Positions 9,955 through 18,084 of a stretch of 33,017 bases of DNA are shown in pieces. The notes under the pieces were generated by a model. The model did not search any database. It saw only the letters and a program-made list of their open reading frames with translations, and was not told where the DNA came from. How positions within the stretch are numbered: the stretch's first letter is position 1; each line of letters starts with the position of its first letter. The position numbers and the translations under genes are program-made. Origin of the DNA: Acidimicrobiales bacterium (GTDB lineage: Bacteria; Actinomycetota; Acidimicrobiia; Acidimicrobiales; SZUA-35); the NCBI GenBank assembly GCA_052032035.1, contig JBPEXC010000060.1:1-33017 (forward strand), in the 5' to 3' direction.

Positions 9955-10595
9955 GTCAGGCCACGCACCACCATCGCCACCAGGGTGCCGCGTTCCACAC
10001 CGACCGCGGGGTCGGCGACCTGGGCGATGTTCGACACCCCGCGGGGCGAGCCGGCCGGGAGCGTCTCGCGGGCCAGCGGGAAGGACAACCCGGTCGTCGT
10101 CACCCCCTCGGCCGCGCCGCCGATCGGGAGCAGGCTGACCAGCGAGCCGGCCGGGGCGTCGAGCTGGCGCCGGTGGTGGACGACCCGAACGCTGGCCCCG
10201 TCGAGCTCGGCGTCGACCGTGACCCGCGCCCAGCGCGGGTCGGCGAGCAACAGCAGGTTGGCCAGCTGGTGGTCGGGGCGGCCGCCGTCGAGGCCGGTGA
10301 CGACGATGCGATCGGCCGCGGCGTCGAGCGCCCGCAGCATGGCCAGTTCGAGGTCGGTCTCGTCCTTGGCGGCCGGGTGTTCGTCGATCGTCACCCCGGG
10401 GTCGACGCGGAGCTCCGCGAGGGTGTCGATCGAGACCGAGTCGAGGTCGCCGACGACCACATCGGGTCGGATGCCGAGCTCGACCGCACGATCGGCCCCC
10501 GAGTCGGCGGCGATCACGAGATCGGCCGCGGGGAGCCGGGCCGCGGTCGGCGCATCGAGACGGCGCCCGCCGGCGAAGACGAGGACCGTCGTCAC
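9951..10595 (-). CDS. thiN: thiamine pyrophosphokinase
   Basis: IAADSGA, PDVVVGDLDS, KDETDLELA, GGRPDHQLAN, VSLLP, GVSN motifs; GTG start overlapping the yceH stop. Confidence 0.9.
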   Translation of the reverse strand: MTTVLVFAGGRRLDAPTAARLPAADLVIAADSGADRAVELGIRPDVVVGDLDSVSIDTLAELRVDPGVTIDEHPAAKDETDLELAMLRALDAAADRIVVTGLDGGRPDHQLANLLLLADPRWARVTVDAELDGASVRVVHHRRQLDAPAGSLVSLLPIGGAAEGVTTTGLSFPLARETLPAGSPRGVSNIAQVADPAVGVERGTLVAMVVRGLT

Positions 10596-11167
10596 GGGCC
10601 GCTGATCCCCAGCGCCTCCTCGATGGCGGCGACCCGAGCCTCGAGCGCGGCGAGCCGGTCCTCGCGCGATGCTGGCGGCTCGGGTTCGGTGCCGTCGCCG
10701 AGGAGGTGGGCCCAACGGTTCTGGCTCTGACCCGGCCCGCGACCCAGGTCGCGCACCAACTGCCGGGCCTCGAGGCCGGCCAGCACGTCGCCGACCGACT
10801 CGAGATCGGGGAACGGGTGGGCCCGTTCGGTGCGGGTGCGGAGCTCACCCGGACTCTGCGGGCCGCGCAGCATCATCACCGCCAGCACCGCGAGTTCCCC
10901 GTCGTCGAGATCGAGGGCCTCGTCGAGGACGTGCTTGTGTTTGTCGGCCCGTCCGCCGTGCACCGTGCGGGCGAGTCCCTCCGCCCGGAGTTCCATCATC
11001 GCCTCGGTCACCTCCCGCTCGGCGAGGGAGGTGACCGGGTCGCGACTGGTCTTCTGGTTGCAGGCGTTGACGAGGGCGTTCGTGCTCAGCGGGTAGGCGT
11101 CGGGCGTGGTCGCCGCCTTCTCGAGCAGCGAACCGAGGACGCGAACCTGGACGGGCGACAGCTCCAT
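10592..11167 (-). CDS. YceH/DUF480 family protein
   Basis: RVLGSLLEK..TTPDAYPLSTNALVNACNQKTSRDPV, LRGPQSPGELRTR, RWAHLLG; C-terminal coiled coil. Confidence 0.9.
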   Translation of the reverse strand: MELSPVQVRVLGSLLEKAATTPDAYPLSTNALVNACNQKTSRDPVTSLAEREVTEAMMELRAEGLARTVHGGRADKHKHVLDEALDLDDGELAVLAVMMLRGPQSPGELRTRTERAHPFPDLESVGDVLAGLEARQLVRDLGRGPGQSQNRWAHLLGDGTEPEPPASREDRLAALEARVAAIEEALGISGP

Positions 11168-11179
11168 CCCCCTACTTCA

Positions 11180-12370
11180 TCATGTGAAGGCCGACTGGCC
11201 GGTGATGGCCTGTCCCATCATCAGCGTGTGGATCTCGTTGGTCCCCTCGTAGGTGTAGACCGACTCGAGGTTGTTCATGTGGCGGGCGACCGGGTACTCG
11301 GTCGTGATCCCGTTGGCGCCGAGCACCGACCGGGACTCGCGGGCCACCTCGAGGGCCATGCGGACGTTCTGCCGCTTGCCGAAGCTGACCTGGGCGGGGC
11401 CGAGCGTGCCGGCGTCCTTGAGTCGGCCGAGGTGGTAGGCGACGAGGGTGCCCGACTGCACGGCGGTCATGAAGTCGACGAGCTTCTGCTGGGTGAGCTG
11501 GAAGCGGCTGATCGGGCCGCCGAACTGCTCGCGGGAGTTGGCGTAGTCGAGGGCGGCCTCGTAGCACGCCCGGGCGGCGCCGACGGCGCCGAACGCGATG
11601 CCGAAGCGAGCCTCGTTGAGGCAGCTGAGCGGACCGCGCATCGAGGCGACGCCGGGGAGCACGGCCTCGGCCGGGAGCCGGACGTCCTCCATGATCAGTT
11701 CGCTCGTGACCGAGGCCCGCAGCGACACCTTGCGCTCGATCTTGGGGGCGCTGAACCCGTCGACGTCGGTGGGCACCACGAAGCCACGGATGCCCTCGTC
11801 GGTGCGGGCCCACACCACGGCGACATCGGCGATCGAGCCGTTGGTGATCCACATCTTGGCGCCGTTGAGGATCCAGTCGCCGCCCGGCTCCTGCTTGGCG
11901 TTGGTCCGCATCGAACTCGGGTCGGAGCCGGAGTCGGGCTCGGTGAGGCCGAAGCAGCCGATGGCGTCGCCCGCCGCCATGCGGGGCAGCCACTCCTGCT
12001 TGTGCTCCTCGGAGCCGTAGGCCCAGATCGGGAACATCGCCAGCGAGCCCTGCACGCTGACGAAGCTCCGGAGGCCGGAGTCGCCGGCCTCGAGCTCCAT
12101 GCAGGCGAGCCCGTACATGAAGGCGGAGGAGCCAGAGCAGCCGTAGCCCTCTAGGTGCATGCCGAGCAGGCCGAGGTCGCCACAGGCCTTGGCGACCTCG
12201 GCGTGGGGGAAGTCGCCCTGGTCGAACCAGTCGCCGACGTCGGCCAGGATCTGCTCGTCGACGTAGCGGCGAACCGTGTCGCGCAGCAGGATCTCGTCCT
12301 CGGCGAGGAGGGAGTCGGTGGCGAGGAAGTCGCGCGGGTTCTCGGACTTGGGTCCCAGGGGTTGAGCCAT
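11180..12370 (-). CDS. acyl-CoA dehydrogenase (glutaryl-CoA dehydrogenase-like)
   Basis: DSGLRSFVSVQGSL, GCFGLTEPDSGSDP, GAKMWITNG, CLNEARFGI, REQFG, NLESVYTYEGT. Confidence 0.9.
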   Translation of the reverse strand: MAQPLGPKSENPRDFLATDSLLAEDEILLRDTVRRYVDEQILADVGDWFDQGDFPHAEVAKACGDLGLLGMHLEGYGCSGSSAFMYGLACMELEAGDSGLRSFVSVQGSLAMFPIWAYGSEEHKQEWLPRMAAGDAIGCFGLTEPDSGSDPSSMRTNAKQEPGGDWILNGAKMWITNGSIADVAVVWARTDEGIRGFVVPTDVDGFSAPKIERKVSLRASVTSELIMEDVRLPAEAVLPGVASMRGPLSCLNEARFGIAFGAVGAARACYEAALDYANSREQFGGPISRFQLTQQKLVDFMTAVQSGTLVAYHLGRLKDAGTLGPAQVSFGKRQNVRMALEVARESRSVLGANGITTEYPVARHMNNLESVYTYEGTNEIHTLMMGQAITGQSAFT

Positions 12371-12490
12371 GGGCGGGGATGATAGGCAACCGGCGGCGAA
12401 CAGCGATAGCCGCGAGAAGTTCACCTTGCCGCCCGGTCGGTGCCGCGCGGCGTTCAGCCGTCGGTCGACCAGGGGGTTCAGCATGGCGTC

Positions 12491-13675
12491 ATGCGCGTGC
12501 TCATCTCGGCCGAGAGCTTCGAACCGTCGATCAACGGGGTCACCAACTCGGTGCTCCGCATGGTGCGGCACCTGCGGGCCCGTGGCCACGTGGTCGAGGT
12601 GGTGGCACCTGCGCCCGGCCCCGACCGCACCGTCGGCGACGTGCCGGTGACGCGGGTGCCCGGCGCCACGATCCCGTTCTACGGGTCGATGACCTTCGGG
12701 CTGGCCGGGTCGCGCGCGGTCGACGAACTGCTCGAGCGGTTCCGACCCGACGTGGTGCACCTGGCGGCCCCCGTCGTGCTCGGCGCCCGGGTCGGCGAGC
12801 GGGCGGCGGCCCGCGGCGTGCCCGTCGTGGCGATCTTCCAGACCGACATCAGCGGCTTCGTCCGGCAGTACGGGCTGTCGGCGATGTCGGGGCCGGTGTG
12901 GGCGTGGCTGCGGCGGGTCCACCGCAACGCCGGCCGGACCCTGGCCCCGACCGAGACCGTGGCCGACGAGCTCGAACGGCGGGGTTTCGGTGAGGTGGCG
13001 GTGTGGGGGCGCGGCGTCGACCACGGCCAGTTCGACCCCGCCCGCCGCAACCGACGACCCGACGACGACCGGGTGCGGGTCGGCTACGTGGGGCGGCTCG
13101 CCAAGGAGAAGCAGCTCGACCACCTCGCGCCGCTGGCCGAGCTGCCGGGCGTCGACCTCGTCGTGGTCGGCGACGGGCCCGAACGCGACGCGCTCGAGGC
13201 CCTGATGCCGAACGCCACGTTCACCGGCTTCCTCGGCGGCGACGACCTCGGCGAGGCGGTGGCGTCGCTCGACGTGTTCGTCCACACCGGCACGCACGAG
13301 ACGTTCTGCCAGTCGATCCAGGAGGCGATGGCCGCCGGCGTGGCGGTGGTGGCGCCGGCGTCGGGTGGGCCCCTCGATCTCGTGCGGCCCGAGGAGACCG
13401 GGGTGCTCTATCCCCCGGCCCGCCCCGCCGAGTTGGTCGCGGCGGTCGCCCGGTTGGCCGGCGACGCCGCGCTACGGGCCCGCTTCGGTGCAGCGGCCCG
13501 CACCCGGGTGGCGAGCCGCACGTGGGAGGCGATCGGCGACGAGCTGATCGGCCACTACGAAGCGGTGATCGCAGCCCGCAGCTTGTCGGCCATGGCGTCG
13601 AGTTCGTCGGCCATCGGCGAGGTGTCGGCATTGCGGAAGTCGAGGTTCGCCATCGAGGCCAACGGCACCACGTGA
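12491..13675 (+). CDS. GT4 glycosyltransferase, MgtA/PimB/SQD2-like (probable glycolipid synthase)
   Basis: ESFEPSINGVTNSV, PDVVHLAAP, FQTD, WGRGVD, YVGRLAKEK, HETFCQSIQEAMAAG. Confidence 0.85.
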   Translation: MRVLISAESFEPSINGVTNSVLRMVRHLRARGHVVEVVAPAPGPDRTVGDVPVTRVPGATIPFYGSMTFGLAGSRAVDELLERFRPDVVHLAAPVVLGARVGERAAARGVPVVAIFQTDISGFVRQYGLSAMSGPVWAWLRRVHRNAGRTLAPTETVADELERRGFGEVAVWGRGVDHGQFDPARRNRRPDDDRVRVGYVGRLAKEKQLDHLAPLAELPGVDLVVVGDGPERDALEALMPNATFTGFLGGDDLGEAVASLDVFVHTGTHETFCQSIQEAMAAGVAVVAPASGGPLDLVRPEETGVLYPPARPAELVAAVARLAGDAALRARFGAAARTRVASRTWEAIGDELIGHYEAVIAARSLSAMASSSSAIGEVSALRKSRFAIEANGTT

Positions 13676-13956
13676 ACGTGGGTGTGGGGCACCTCGAAGC
13701 CGGCGATCATCAACCCGATCCGCTCGCAGGGCACCACCGACTTCTGGGCCCGCCCGACCCGGTGGGCGACCGCCATCAGGTGCTGGGCGAGCTCGGGGTC
13801 GAGGTCGGTCCACTGGTCGATCTCGGCCTTGGGGATCACCAGCGTGTGGCCCGGGTGGAGCGGCCGGATGTCGAGCATGGCGATGCAGTGCTCGTCGTCG
13901 TGGAGGATCCGCCCGGGGATCTCGCCGTTGATGATGCGGGTGAAAATCGACGCCAT
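13555..13956 (-). CDS. HIT family protein
   Basis: SIFTRIINGEIP, DIRP..PGHTLVIPK, GFEVPHTHVHVVP (histidine triad). Confidence 0.92.
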   Translation of the reverse strand: MASIFTRIINGEIPGRILHDDEHCIAMLDIRPLHPGHTLVIPKAEIDQWTDLDPELAQHLMAVAHRVGRAQKSVVPCERIGLMIAGFEVPHTHVHVVPLASMANLDFRNADTSPMADELDAMADKLRAAITAS

Positions 13957-13982
13957 GGCCCGCACGGTAGATCATGGGGCCC

Positions 13983-14765
13983 ATGAGCTCCGAGCCTGCC
14001 GTTCTCGCCACGACCGCCGACGGGGTGTGCACCCTCACCCTCAACCGGCCGGAGGCCAAGAACTCGCTGTCGGTCGAGCTGGTCGGCGCGCTGTACGACG
14101 CCCTCGCCGCCGCCATCGCGGAGGAGTCGACCCGGGTCGTCGTCCTCACCAACGCCGGCAACACCTTCTGCGCCGGCGCCGACCTGAAGGCCTCGCGACC
14201 CGGCGTCGGCGCCGGCAGCGGGCCGACGTTCGTCGACGTGTTCAAGCTCATCCAGGCGTCCCCGACCCCGATCGTCGGCCGCATCGACGGCCACGCCACG
14301 GGGGGCGGCGTCGGTCTGGTGGCGGCCTGCGACCTGTCGGTGATGCGCGACGACGCCAAGATCGGTTTCACCGAGGTGCGCCTCGGCGTGGCGCCGGCGG
14401 TGATCAGCGTGGTGTGCCTGCCCAAGATGCGGCGCAGCGATGCCAGCGAGCTGTTCCTCACCGGCCGCCGCTTCACGCCGAGCCACGCGGCGGAGGTCGG
14501 CCTGATCAACCGGGCCGCACCGGCCGACGAGATCGACGAGGTGGTCGACGGCTGGGTCGGCGAGCTCGTACGAGGCGGACCGGTGGCCCTCGGCGCCGCC
14601 AAGGACCTGCTGACCCGGATCCCGGACATGGACGACGACAAGGCGTTCGACTGGACCTCGGTGCGCAGTCAGGAGCTGTTCGACGGCCCGGAGGCCCAGG
14701 CCGGGATCGCCGCCTTCCGCGACCGCACCGACGCTCCGTGGGTGCCCGAGAAGTACCGCGCATGA
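13983..14765 (+). CDS. enoyl-CoA hydratase/isomerase family protein
   Basis: LTLNRPEAKN, FCAGADL, GGGVGLVAACD, FTEVRLGVAP. Alternative ATG at 13974. Confidence 0.9.
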   Translation: MSSEPAVLATTADGVCTLTLNRPEAKNSLSVELVGALYDALAAAIAEESTRVVVLTNAGNTFCAGADLKASRPGVGAGSGPTFVDVFKLIQASPTPIVGRIDGHATGGGVGLVAACDLSVMRDDAKIGFTEVRLGVAPAVISVVCLPKMRRSDASELFLTGRRFTPSHAAEVGLINRAAPADEIDEVVDGWVGELVRGGPVALGAAKDLLTRIPDMDDDKAFDWTSVRSQELFDGPEAQAGIAAFRDRTDAPWVPEKYRA

Positions 14766-15754
14766 GGTTCGGGGTCCTCGACCAGTCGCCGATCCCGGAG
14801 GGTGCCGACGCGTCGGTGGCGCTCGCCAACACCATCGACCTCGCCCGCCACGCCGAACGCCTCGGCTTCGAGAGCTTCTGGGTGTCGGAGCACCACAACT
14901 CGACCGGGCTCGCCGGCGCCGCCCCCGAGATCCTGATCGGGGCGATCGCCGCGGCCACCGAGCGGATCCGCGTCGGCTCGGGCGGCGTGATGCTCACCCA
15001 CTACGCGGCGCTCAAGGTGGCCGAGACCTTCAAGGTCCTGGCGGCGCTGTACGGCGACCGCATCGACCTCGGGGTCGGTCGGGCCCCCGGCTCGGACCAG
15101 TACACGATGTTCGCCCTGTCGACCTCGGAGCGGCTGCGCCCGGTCGACAGCTACCCCGATCAGGTCGCCGAGCTGGTGGCGTGGCTCGACGACACGATCC
15201 CGCCCCAGAGCCCGTTCGCCGGCCGGGTCCGGGCCGTCCCGGGGGCGACGGTCGCCCCGATCCCGGTGTGGCTCCTGGCGTCCAGCCCCGACTCGGCCCG
15301 GTTCGCGGCCGAGCTCGGGCTGCCGCTGGCGTGGGCGCACTTCTTCGGCACGATGGACGGCGCCCCGCTGGTCGACGACTACCGCCGCTCGTTCCGGCCG
15401 TCGGCCCGCCACGCCGAGCCGACGGTCAGCGTGACGACGACGGTGATCTGCGCCGAGACCGACGACGAGGCGGAGCGGTTGGCCACGAGCGTGCAAACCT
15501 GGCGCAATCGCGGCCTGTCGGGTCCGATCCCCCCGCCGGCGGCATCAGGCACCGACGTCGAACCGAGCGGTCCGCTCACCGTGCAGGGTCGGGAACGCCC
15601 GGCGATCATCGGCAACCCGCAACGGTGCGCGGCCGAGCTGGTCGAGCTGGGCGAACGGTTCGGGGCCGACGAGGTGCTGGCCGTGACGATCGTGTGGGAC
15701 CACGCGGCGCGGGTCCGCTCCTACGAGCTGCTGGCGGGCGCCCTGGGGCTGTGA
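14762..15754 (+). CDS. LLM class flavin-dependent oxidoreductase (luciferase-like monooxygenase)
   Basis: MRFGVLDQSPI, WVSEHH, RIRVGSGGVML, RIDLGVGRAPG; ATGA-coupled to the hydratase. Confidence 0.9.
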   Translation: MRFGVLDQSPIPEGADASVALANTIDLARHAERLGFESFWVSEHHNSTGLAGAAPEILIGAIAAATERIRVGSGGVMLTHYAALKVAETFKVLAALYGDRIDLGVGRAPGSDQYTMFALSTSERLRPVDSYPDQVAELVAWLDDTIPPQSPFAGRVRAVPGATVAPIPVWLLASSPDSARFAAELGLPLAWAHFFGTMDGAPLVDDYRRSFRPSARHAEPTVSVTTTVICAETDDEAERLATSVQTWRNRGLSGPIPPPAASGTDVEPSGPLTVQGRERPAIIGNPQRCAAELVELGERFGADEVLAVTIVWDHAARVRSYELLAGALGL

Positions 15755-15759
15755 CCCGT

Positions 15760-15942
15760 TCAGTCCGGCTGCGGGTAGATCGAGGGGGGCGGTCCGGCCA
15801 GGCCGGGACCCTCGCAGACCCAACACGTCGAGTCGATCGTGCCGGTCCACGCCACCTCACATCGGAGGCAGCTCATCCGCAGACCGGCCCGTCGGTAGCG
15901 GGGCAACGCAGGCGTCGTCGGCGCGAGTGTCTGAGCGGGCAT
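15760..15942 (-). CDS. small hypothetical protein with CxxC...CxxC (putative zinc ribbon)
   Basis: Fills the gap between two real genes; CLRCEVAW...CWVC; -10-like GATGGT 6 nt before the ATG. Confidence 0.55.
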   Translation of the reverse strand: MPAQTLAPTTPALPRYRRAGLRMSCLRCEVAWTGTIDSTCWVCEGPGLAGPPPSIYPQPD

Positions 15943-15996
15943 GCCCTCACCATCGGCGCGAACCGATCCGACGTGAGGAAGGCAACAGCCGGGTGA

Positions 15997-16263
15997 CTAG
16001 AGCAGGCCGGCGTGCGCGATCCAACGCTCGACCTGGGCCTCCGACGGCACCCGGCGCACGAGGCTGCGGCGGGTCGAGCGGATGGCGTGAGCGTTGGCGT
16101 CGACCAGGGCGGCGGTGAGGTTGCTGGCGTTGCGGCGACGGAGGTCGATGACCGAGTCGACGCCGGCGGCGGCGAGCAGGTCGCTGTACTCGGCCCCGAT
16201 CCCCCGCACCCGCATCAGGTCGGCTCGACGTGCGGGATCGTGGGTCGCCTCAGCTCCAGCCAT
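15997..16263 (-). CDS. DUF4332 (helix-hairpin-helix) domain protein
   Basis: ADLMRVRGIGAEYSDLL..AGVDSV..L.RRN...RRVPSEAQVERWI; -10 TAGCCT 7 nt before the ATG. Confidence 0.8.
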   Translation of the reverse strand: MAGAEATHDPARRADLMRVRGIGAEYSDLLAAAGVDSVIDLRRRNASNLTAALVDANAHAIRSTRRSLVRRVPSEAQVERWIAHAGLL

Positions 16264-16279
16264 CCGCCGGAGGCTAGCG

Positions 16280-17440
16280 TCACGTCGTGCCGGTGAGCGC
16301 CTTGAACTCGTCGGCCTGGGCGAAGGTCGCCAGCATGCGATCTCGGCCGTATCCGTCGCCGAGCTGGCCGATCCAGAACGCCCGGCCCGTCGCATCGGCA
16401 CGACGGCCGAACACCGACAGGTAGGCGAGATCGACGAAGGTCGCGTCGTCGACACCGGCGAACGTGGCCCACTCCTCCGACTCGAGGAAGGCGGCGGCGA
16501 CGTCGACCAGGCTCACGCCGGCCTGACGGCGGGCGACCCAGAACTCGAACCCGCTGGTGTCGGGCTGCCGGTTGAAGGCGGCGACGTAGAGCCGCACGAT
16601 CTCGCCCTCGACCCCGGAGCGCCCGGCCCACGGGGCACCGACCGAGACCGGCTGCACCGTGCGTACGGTGACCGTCGCCAGCTCGCCGGCGACCGAGGTG
16701 GTGGCGCCGTCGGGCAGGGTCACCCCGTCGATGCGGGCGACCGGGCGGTAGGTGAAGGTGTCGATGCCCCGCCAGTCGCGGGCGGGCCGGTAGGTGCCGG
16801 TGGCGGCGTCGAAGGTGCCGCGACGGGGTCCGTCGATCACGAGCACGGTGTTGACCGCGTCGCGGTTGACCTCGGCGCGATCGTCGTTGCCGAGCAGGTC
16901 GATGGTGACGGTGGTGCCCCCGAGCACGACGGCGAGGTCGTCGGCGGCGTCCGGTCCGGCGAGGAAGGTGGCGTCCGCGCCGCCGGAGGCGCCGGTGAAG
17001 TCGACGTCGGTGAGGCGGGCGCCGGTGAAGTCGGCACCGGCCAGGCGGGCGTAGTCGAGATCGGCCCGTCGCAGGTCGGCGCCTCGCAGGACCGTGCCCT
17101 CGAGGTTGGCGGCCACGAGGTCGGCGTGGGCGAACACCGCCCCGGTGGCGTCGGCCGACGACAGGTCGGCCCCCACCGGGAAGGCGTCGCGCAGGTTGGC
17201 CCGACGCAGGTTGGCGCCCGACAGGTCGGCCTGGAACAGCGCGGCGTAGCTGAGGTCGGCGTCGGCCAGGTTGGACCGTCGCAGGTCGGCGCCGTTGAGC
17301 TGGGCGAAGGACCGGTTGCAGCCGACCCAGTTGACTCCTGCGCCCGCCGCGTCGCTGCACGCCGCCGCGGCCGGCGACGCGGGCACCAGCGAGGCAGCGA
17401 CGATCGCCAGCGAACCGAGGGCAGCAGGAAGCGCACGCAT
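16280..17440 (-). CDS. secreted pentapeptide-repeat protein with Ig-like and DUF4214 domains
   Basis: Signal peptide ending AAA; about 20 A(D/N)Lxx repeats; AADD..VTIDLLGND..DTFTY (Big_9-like); RLYVAAFNRQPD.SG..FW and Y..VFGR.AD..G..FW (DUF4214-like). Confidence 0.85.
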   Translation of the reverse strand: MRALPAALGSLAIVAASLVPASPAAAACSDAAGAGVNWVGCNRSFAQLNGADLRRSNLADADLSYAALFQADLSGANLRRANLRDAFPVGADLSSADATGAVFAHADLVAANLEGTVLRGADLRRADLDYARLAGADFTGARLTDVDFTGASGGADATFLAGPDAADDLAVVLGGTTVTIDLLGNDDRAEVNRDAVNTVLVIDGPRRGTFDAATGTYRPARDWRGIDTFTYRPVARIDGVTLPDGATTSVAGELATVTVRTVQPVSVGAPWAGRSGVEGEIVRLYVAAFNRQPDTSGFEFWVARRQAGVSLVDVAAAFLESEEWATFAGVDDATFVDLAYLSVFGRRADATGRAFWIGQLGDGYGRDRMLATFAQADEFKALTGTT

Positions 17441-17450
17441 CTGCGCGACG

Positions 17451-17876
17451 TTAGGTCGCGGCGTAGCGCTCGGCTTCGATGGTGATGAAGATGTCGGCGA
17501 GGTAGCCGTAGGCGGCGGCCCACGCGTCGACGATCGAGGCGTCGAGTTCGCCGAGCACGTCGGTCATCGCGCCGAGCAGCATCTCCCCGACGATCGGGTA
17601 GTGCTCGGGCTGCACGCCGGCGGCCACGTGCTTGGCGGCGATGCCCTCGACGACCGGCACGAGGGTCTCGATCTTGTCGATGTTGGCGGCGTAGGCGATC
17701 ACCGCGTTGGCGAGCCGCTGCTCCTGGCCCGGCGTGGTGTCGGCGAAGAACGCCTTGGTCTCGGGGTACTCGGTGAAGAGCTTCTCGTACATGCGGGTGG
17801 TGATCGCCAACCCGTGCTCCTGCACCACCGGGTGGGTGCTCTTCACGATCGCCTTGGTCTCGTCACTCAGGGTCAT
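17451..17876 (-). CDS. single-domain bacterial globin (Vitreoscilla Hb / flavohemoglobin globin-domain type)
   Basis: ITTRMY (TyrB10), PETKAFF (PheCD1), GQEQRLA (GlnE7), IAAKH (HisF8), PEHYPIVG, AWAAAY; 141 aa with no reductase domain. Confidence 0.93.
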   Translation of the reverse strand: MTLSDETKAIVKSTHPVVQEHGLAITTRMYEKLFTEYPETKAFFADTTPGQEQRLANAVIAYAANIDKIETLVPVVEGIAAKHVAAGVQPEHYPIVGEMLLGAMTDVLGELDASIVDAWAAAYGYLADIFITIEAERYAAT

Positions 17877-17957
17877 CCCCCGATGCAACCAACCCCCCGT
17901 GTCCCCCACGTCGCCCTGCGATCACAGATCCGTGGCGAACTTCTCTCACTGCTGCTG

Positions 17958-18006
17958 CGAGTTCGTGAGCCCCAGCGAACGAACTCGGTTAGCGAGCGAA
18001 GCGAGC
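17958..18006 (+). repeat. two adjacent hairpins with tandem GA mismatches (REP-like element) just 3' of the tRNA
   Basis: CGAGTTCGT-GA-GC-ccca-GC-GA-ACGAACTCG (17958-17987) and GC-GA-GC-GAA-GC-GA-GC (17992-18006). Confidence 0.6.
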
Positions 18007-18010
18007 GGCG

Positions 18011-18084
18011 TGGACCGTACTGGACTTGAACCAGTGACCTCTCGCGTGTGAGGCGAGCGCTCTAGCCAGCTGAGCTAACGGTCC
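18011..18084 (-). tRNA. tRNA-Val (anticodon CAC), CCA not encoded
   Basis: Minus strand GGACCGT TAGCTCAGCTGGCTAGAGC GCTCGC-CTCACAC-GCGAG AGGTC ACTGG-TTCAAGT-CCAGT ACGGTCC A folds as a complete cloverleaf. Confidence 0.97.

Noticed and set aside
10596-11180. TPP riboswitch upstream of thiN
   Set aside because: thiN overlaps yceH and the gap before yceH is only 12 bp, leaving no room; no aptamer core was seen.
17000-17300. Recurrent CAGGTCGGC/CAGGTTGGC DNA repeats
   Set aside because: Fully explained by A(D/N)L pentapeptide codons at 15-bp periodicity.
17877-17957. NsrR/FNR-type site upstream of the globin
   Set aside because: No convincing palindrome or consensus match by eye.
15760-18084. 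Integrative island at tRNA-Val
   Set aside because: No integrase, no duplicated tRNA 3' end (att) found by eye and no evident GC shift; at most an old accessory islet.
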